Positions 60,505-64,000 of a stretch of DNA of 64,000 bases are shown one piece after another. A model generated the notes under the pieces. That model ran no database searches and had not been told where the DNA came from. It was given only the letters and a program-made list of their open reading frames with translations. The stretch is from NCBI GenBank assembly GCA_020353515.1, contig CP070695.1, forward strand, positions 3,392,050 to 3,456,049, written 5' to 3'. Made by a program: the position numbers and the translations under genes. The DNA is from Candidatus Heimdallarchaeota archaeon. Its GTDB lineage: Archaea; Asgardarchaeota; Heimdallarchaeia; Hodarchaeales; Hodarchaeaceae. How positions within the stretch are numbered: position 1 is the stretch's first letter; each line of letters starts with the position of its first letter.

Positions 60505-61491
60505 GTGCATATGACTACATATATCGATGACATTCTTAATCTTGAAAAGGAGCTAAATCAAGAAACTGATTCACATCTTCAATTGAAAGCAGATCTATCT
60601 GTAGAATTCGCTGAATTATCATCTGAAGAATTACAATTAATAGATCAACTATCAAAATTACGAAAAAAGCTAACTTCTATTGATTTGGTCGAAAAAAACA
60701 CATCAATTGATATTCCCCAACTTATTCAGACTAAAGACGAGTTAGAAGCTGAAATAAAACAGGTTCAATTAGAACTTGATCCATTTGAACAACAACTAGC
60801 TCAATTAAATTCTGAATATAGTGTAATCGATTCTAAAGTTAAAGTTTTGTTACAGGAAAAAAACCAACAGGAAGAAAAATCTCTTGCCTCAAAAAAGAAG
60901 GGAGAGATAAAGACACAGACAAGCAATAAAATCCAGAATGAACGTGAAAAACTTAAAAAGATAAAGAATCGAATTGAAGATCAGAAGAAAATCAAGGAAA
61001 ATCTTGAAGAGTTCTTAGAAACTCTAGAAACTATCCAATTGGTCGTAAGTACTTATTCTCCTCTAGCAAAATCTGATATTTCTTTACCCACAAATGTTAC
61101 AGAAGAAATTCAAGACCTTATTATGGCCTCAAAGACATCTTTCGACGAAGCTCAGACAAAGTTTGATCCAAATGATTTAGTTCCTTTCTTAGTTGATGCG
61201 GACAAGTCATATCAAAACATTATTTCAGTATTCGTCAAACTCTGTGATAATATTCCGAATTCTTTACTAGAATCTGAATTTAACGAACAGATTCTCACTC
61301 TTGTTAATAAAGGACTGATGTTGAATACCCGTCATTTAAATGCAGTCCAAACAATGCTTTTAAAACTAGAGAAAGGTGTTGAAATTGCCCCTCTAGCTTC
61401 TTTTTCAAACGAAATTAAGAAATATTTTGTAGATAATCTCACATATCTGCGTGTTACTGGATGGGTAGTTTTAGAACCTCCCCCCTCTTGA
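60505..61491 (+). CDS. Long coiled-coil protein with helical C-terminal domain
   Basis: About 175 aa of heptads followed by a globular helical region; 1 nt after the previous gene. Confidence 0.8.
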   Translation: MHMTTYIDDILNLEKELNQETDSHLQLKADLSVEFAELSSEELQLIDQLSKLRKKLTSIDLVEKNTSIDIPQLIQTKDELEAEIKQVQLELDPFEQQLAQLNSEYSVIDSKVKVLLQEKNQQEEKSLASKKKGEIKTQTSNKIQNEREKLKKIKNRIEDQKKIKENLEEFLETLETIQLVVSTYSPLAKSDISLPTNVTEEIQDLIMASKTSFDEAQTKFDPNDLVPFLVDADKSYQNIISVFVKLCDNIPNSLLESEFNEQILTLVNKGLMLNTRHLNAVQTMLLKLEKGVEIAPLASFSNEIKKYFVDNLTYLRVTGWVVLEPPPS

Positions 61492-61521
61492 TTACTGATA
61501 AAAAAACTTTTTCCTAAATCT

Positions 61522-61965
61522 TTACTTTATTGAATTGATTATTTGTTGAGTAGAAGTAACTCCTGAAATAACGATTTCAGTACACTTTTCCCTTCTACCT
61601 GGCATTTTTAAATCTATTTTACCAGATTCATCCCTAAATTCATCTATTAACTCGTAACAGGTGAAAGTTTCAAATTTGTCCTTAAAATCCTTCTTCCAAA
61701 TCTTTACTTTTTTAGCAATTTCTTTATCCTCTAATCCTTTTTCGGCTAGGATTAAACTTAAAGCAGCTAAAGAACCTGTGACAGCTCCGCATACTAGTCC
61801 TTCTCCAAAACCACCCCCCATCGGGAGCATGGCTTTGTAAAACGGATCACACAACGATTCTTTATCATTAAAAGTTAAAATTCCACAAACAGATGCCCTT
61901 GCGCAATTTGCTTTTTTCTCCCAATACTCTAATGATTTTTCTGTAACAGTTTGTTTCCTTTCCAT
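61522..61965 (-). CDS. C-GCAxxG-C-C family redox-active protein
   Basis: NCA, GGG.G...CGAVTG, TC..L, KC...V. Confidence 0.92.
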   Translation of the reverse strand: MERKQTVTEKSLEYWEKKANCARASVCGILTFNDKESLCDPFYKAMLPMGGGFGEGLVCGAVTGSLAALSLILAEKGLEDKEIAKKVKIWKKDFKDKFETFTCYELIDEFRDESGKIDLKMPGRREKCTEIVISGVTSTQQIINSIK

Positions 61966-62141
61966 GAATTAGACTCTCCTTTCTAATTGTACAACTTTCG
62001 TCGTGATATTCTAGTACTATTAATGGATTTTTAATCGAATTTAGAAAGAAGTAATTTTGTTTTTAAATTTCATCTCATTGGCATAAAGCGGATGAATGAA
62101 AATAACTTACCTATGTCAAAGGAATGCTATGATTAAAACCA

Positions 62142-63176
62142 CTAAGGTTTTTGAGCACGAACAATTAGAATTCCATCTTCCAATGTTTCTTCTACAACAG
62201 AATGGAAACCTGTTTCTGTAAGACGTTTCTTCCCTTCAGTTATTGTCATATGTGATAATTTAGAGGCAGTCAAAGAATTTTGGAAGAATCTCAGAAGGAG
62301 AGGGAAACTTAAATCTTCTCTGGGATGTGTTTCAAGCCAATCACTATCCATTTCGATATTCGATACTATTATTAGTTGACCACCTTCATTTAAAGCCTTG
62401 AAGAGTTTGTACAAAAGCTCCTGATTAAACCCTCCCGCGTCACAATTCAAGATCATATCAAAACCTGTGGGTAAATCGTCGTGATCGAAGTCCGCTGCTT
62501 GATATACAATTCGGTCTGCAACTGAACTTTTAGCTGCAATTTCTCGTCCAATAACACAAACATTAGGGATATCTATTACAACAGCTGTTAATTCAGGGTG
62601 TTGTTTTAATAAAGCTAGTGACATCACCCCTGATCCTCCTCCCAGATCCATTAATCGCTTCACGCCTTTCATATTTAATGATTGAGCCAGTTTTTCTCCT
62701 GAAGAGTAGTGTATCTCATAAAGTGTATATGTAAATCTTCGGGCATATTCAGGATCTTCTTGTATTCGTTTGAACCAATCAAGAGATTTCTCCCCTTGGG
62801 CAGTCATAACTGATTTTGGATGGGAAATATGTGAGGTTAAATTGTAGCCAGTTAAGTATTGTTCCCTAGCCGCTTGCGCTATAAATGCCCAGGATTCTGG
62901 ACTATATGTTTCTATTATTATAGATTGGGAAAGTGAAGTGAGCTTATATCTCAAGTTTTCCTGCTTTAATAAGCCTAATTCAACTAATAGTTCCAACCAA
63001 TAATGACATCGATCTTGTGGGATTCTAAATTTTTGAGAAATATCTTCAAGACCTACTGATTGGTCGTTAATATACCAAAAGAGATGCAATTCTAAAGCTG
63101 TTGTTATAGCTGCCGGAATGACATGCATTTTCATGAGGATTCTTACATCTTCAGGTGTTTTAATGTTTATTTCCAC
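62142..63176 (-). CDS. O-methyltransferase (Methyltransf_2 with dimerisation domain)
   Basis: TALELHLF wHTH, LMDLGGGSG, DIPNV, ADF, LNEGGQL. Confidence 0.92.
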   Translation of the reverse strand: MEINIKTPEDVRILMKMHVIPAAITTALELHLFWYINDQSVGLEDISQKFRIPQDRCHYWLELLVELGLLKQENLRYKLTSLSQSIIIETYSPESWAFIAQAAREQYLTGYNLTSHISHPKSVMTAQGEKSLDWFKRIQEDPEYARRFTYTLYEIHYSSGEKLAQSLNMKGVKRLMDLGGGSGVMSLALLKQHPELTAVVIDIPNVCVIGREIAAKSSVADRIVYQAADFDHDDLPTGFDMILNCDAGGFNQELLYKLFKALNEGGQLIIVSNIEMDSDWLETHPREDLSFPLLLRFFQNSLTASKLSHMTITEGKKRLTETGFHSVVEETLEDGILIVRAQKP

Positions 63177-63200
63177 TTTTAAGTCCCCTCTTGTGGAGAA

Positions 63201-64000
63201 TTATTGCCCTAAATACTTCCTGATGCGTTCAAATGCTTCCTTAATCTCTTGAACAGAGCGTGAGAAAGCCACTCGTAAGTATCCCTCAGCTGAGTCCCCA
63301 AAAGCAGAACCAGGAACTAAAGACACATTGGCATTCATTAGGATGTCAATTGCAACAGCTTCAGACGATTTTTCACTGAAATCATATTTGACAAAACCAT
63401 AGAAAGCTCCATCTATAGATTTGAGTGATAAACCATTTGTTTTTTTGACTTCCTCCATTAAGACCTTCCTTCGCTCTGGAAACAATTTATTAATCAATTC
63501 TCTTGCTTGAGCTCTCTCCTTTAAAGCTGTTACACCCCCCCATTGGCAAAAGTTCGTTGGGCATGTTGTAGTTGCCTGAATAATTTTAAGGATTCCCTCT
63601 GCACTTTCTGAGTTGCTGATTGTCCATCCAAGACGGTAGCCAGTCATACTGTATGTTTTCGCAAAACCATTAATTACGATAATATTCTGACGCCAATTAT
63701 CAAATTCTGTTAAGAGTGTTCTTACTGGAGTATCAATGTAAACGTAATCACTATAAATTTCATCACTGATAATATAAATGTGATAATCTTCCACGAGATC
63801 TTTAAGAAATCTAATCTCTTCAGAAGAAAGGACATGAGACGAAGGATTATTGGGAGAATTAATTAAAATCGCTTTTGTCTTGTTTGTTACATTGTTCAAA
63901 ACTTCATCTTTGTTTAAAGAAAAATCTGTAGTCATTGGAATCCTTACAGAAGTAGCTCCTGCTAACTGGGCCATATCAGGATAACTCACCCAAAATGGTT
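63201..64000 (-). CDS. Class I/II PLP aminotransferase (aspartate aminotransferase-like), partial at the window end
   Basis: PFWVSYP, INSPNNPS, SDEIY, GFAKTYSMTGYRLGW, GAFY, VPGSAFG, YLRVAF; frame is open to the edge. Confidence 0.95.
   Translation of the reverse strand, partial: PFWVSYPDMAQLAGATSVRIPMTTDFSLNKDEVLNNVTNKTKAILINSPNNPSSHVLSSEEIRFLKDLVEDYHIYIISDEIYSDYVYIDTPVRTLLTEFDNWRQNIIVINGFAKTYSMTGYRLGWTISNSESAEGILKIIQATTTCPTNFCQWGGVTALKERAQARELINKLFPERRKVLMEEVKKTNGLSLKSIDGAFYGFVKYDFSEKSSEAVAIDILMNANVSLVPGSAFGDSAEGYLRVAFSRSVQEIKEAFERIRKYLGQ

Noticed and set aside
59949-61491. SMC/Rad50 or ESCRT-III assignment for the coiled-coil genes
   Set aside because: No Walker A/B, hinge, zinc hook or Snf7-like pattern visible.
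1-64000. tRNA, rRNA, CRISPR arrays, transposases, selenoprotein UGA recoding
   Set aside because: No cloverleaf or T-loop in intergenic DNA, no regularly spaced repeats, no transposase or integrase motifs, and no UGA interrupting a conserved Cys position was seen. Visual scan only; tRNAscan-SE, CRISPRCasFinder and ISEScan would confirm.

Overview
AT-rich, gene-dense archaeal window, most likely from an Asgard archaeon of the Heimdallarchaeia/Hodarchaeales type. That assignment is inferred from a longin domain, a UFM1-like domain, archaeal histone/TFB/SerK/MfnA/AOR homologs, TATA-like promoters and C-terminal membrane sorting tails; no marker rRNA is present. About 55 CDSs are visible. They cover peptide and amino-acid catabolism (S8, M28, M32 and M42 peptidases, aminotransferase, tungsten AOR, saccharopine/lysine dehydrogenase), transport (EamA, ZIP, ECF, ABC-2, MFS), two histidine kinases and a stand-alone receiver, two DNA adenine methyltransferases that appear to lack an active nuclease, a VapBC pair and two pseudogene scars. 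I found no rRNA, tRNA, CRISPR array or transposase by eye. Best candidates for new biology: (1) a histone-fold-longin fusion with a polybasic tail (13987-15075); (2) an ECF transporter whose S component is fused to a Cys-less sulfite-oxidase-fold (molybdopterin-binding) domain, possibly importing Mo/W-pterin cofactor (35627-39158); (3) a UFM1-like domain protein clustered with two MoaD/SAMP-type beta-grasp proteins near the tungsten AOR (24612-29709); (4) an acidic surface protein resembling coral skeletal aspartic acid-rich proteins (52428-53486); (5) two atypical kinase-fold proteins. All family calls come from motif recognition by eye and recalled reference sequences; no searches were run.
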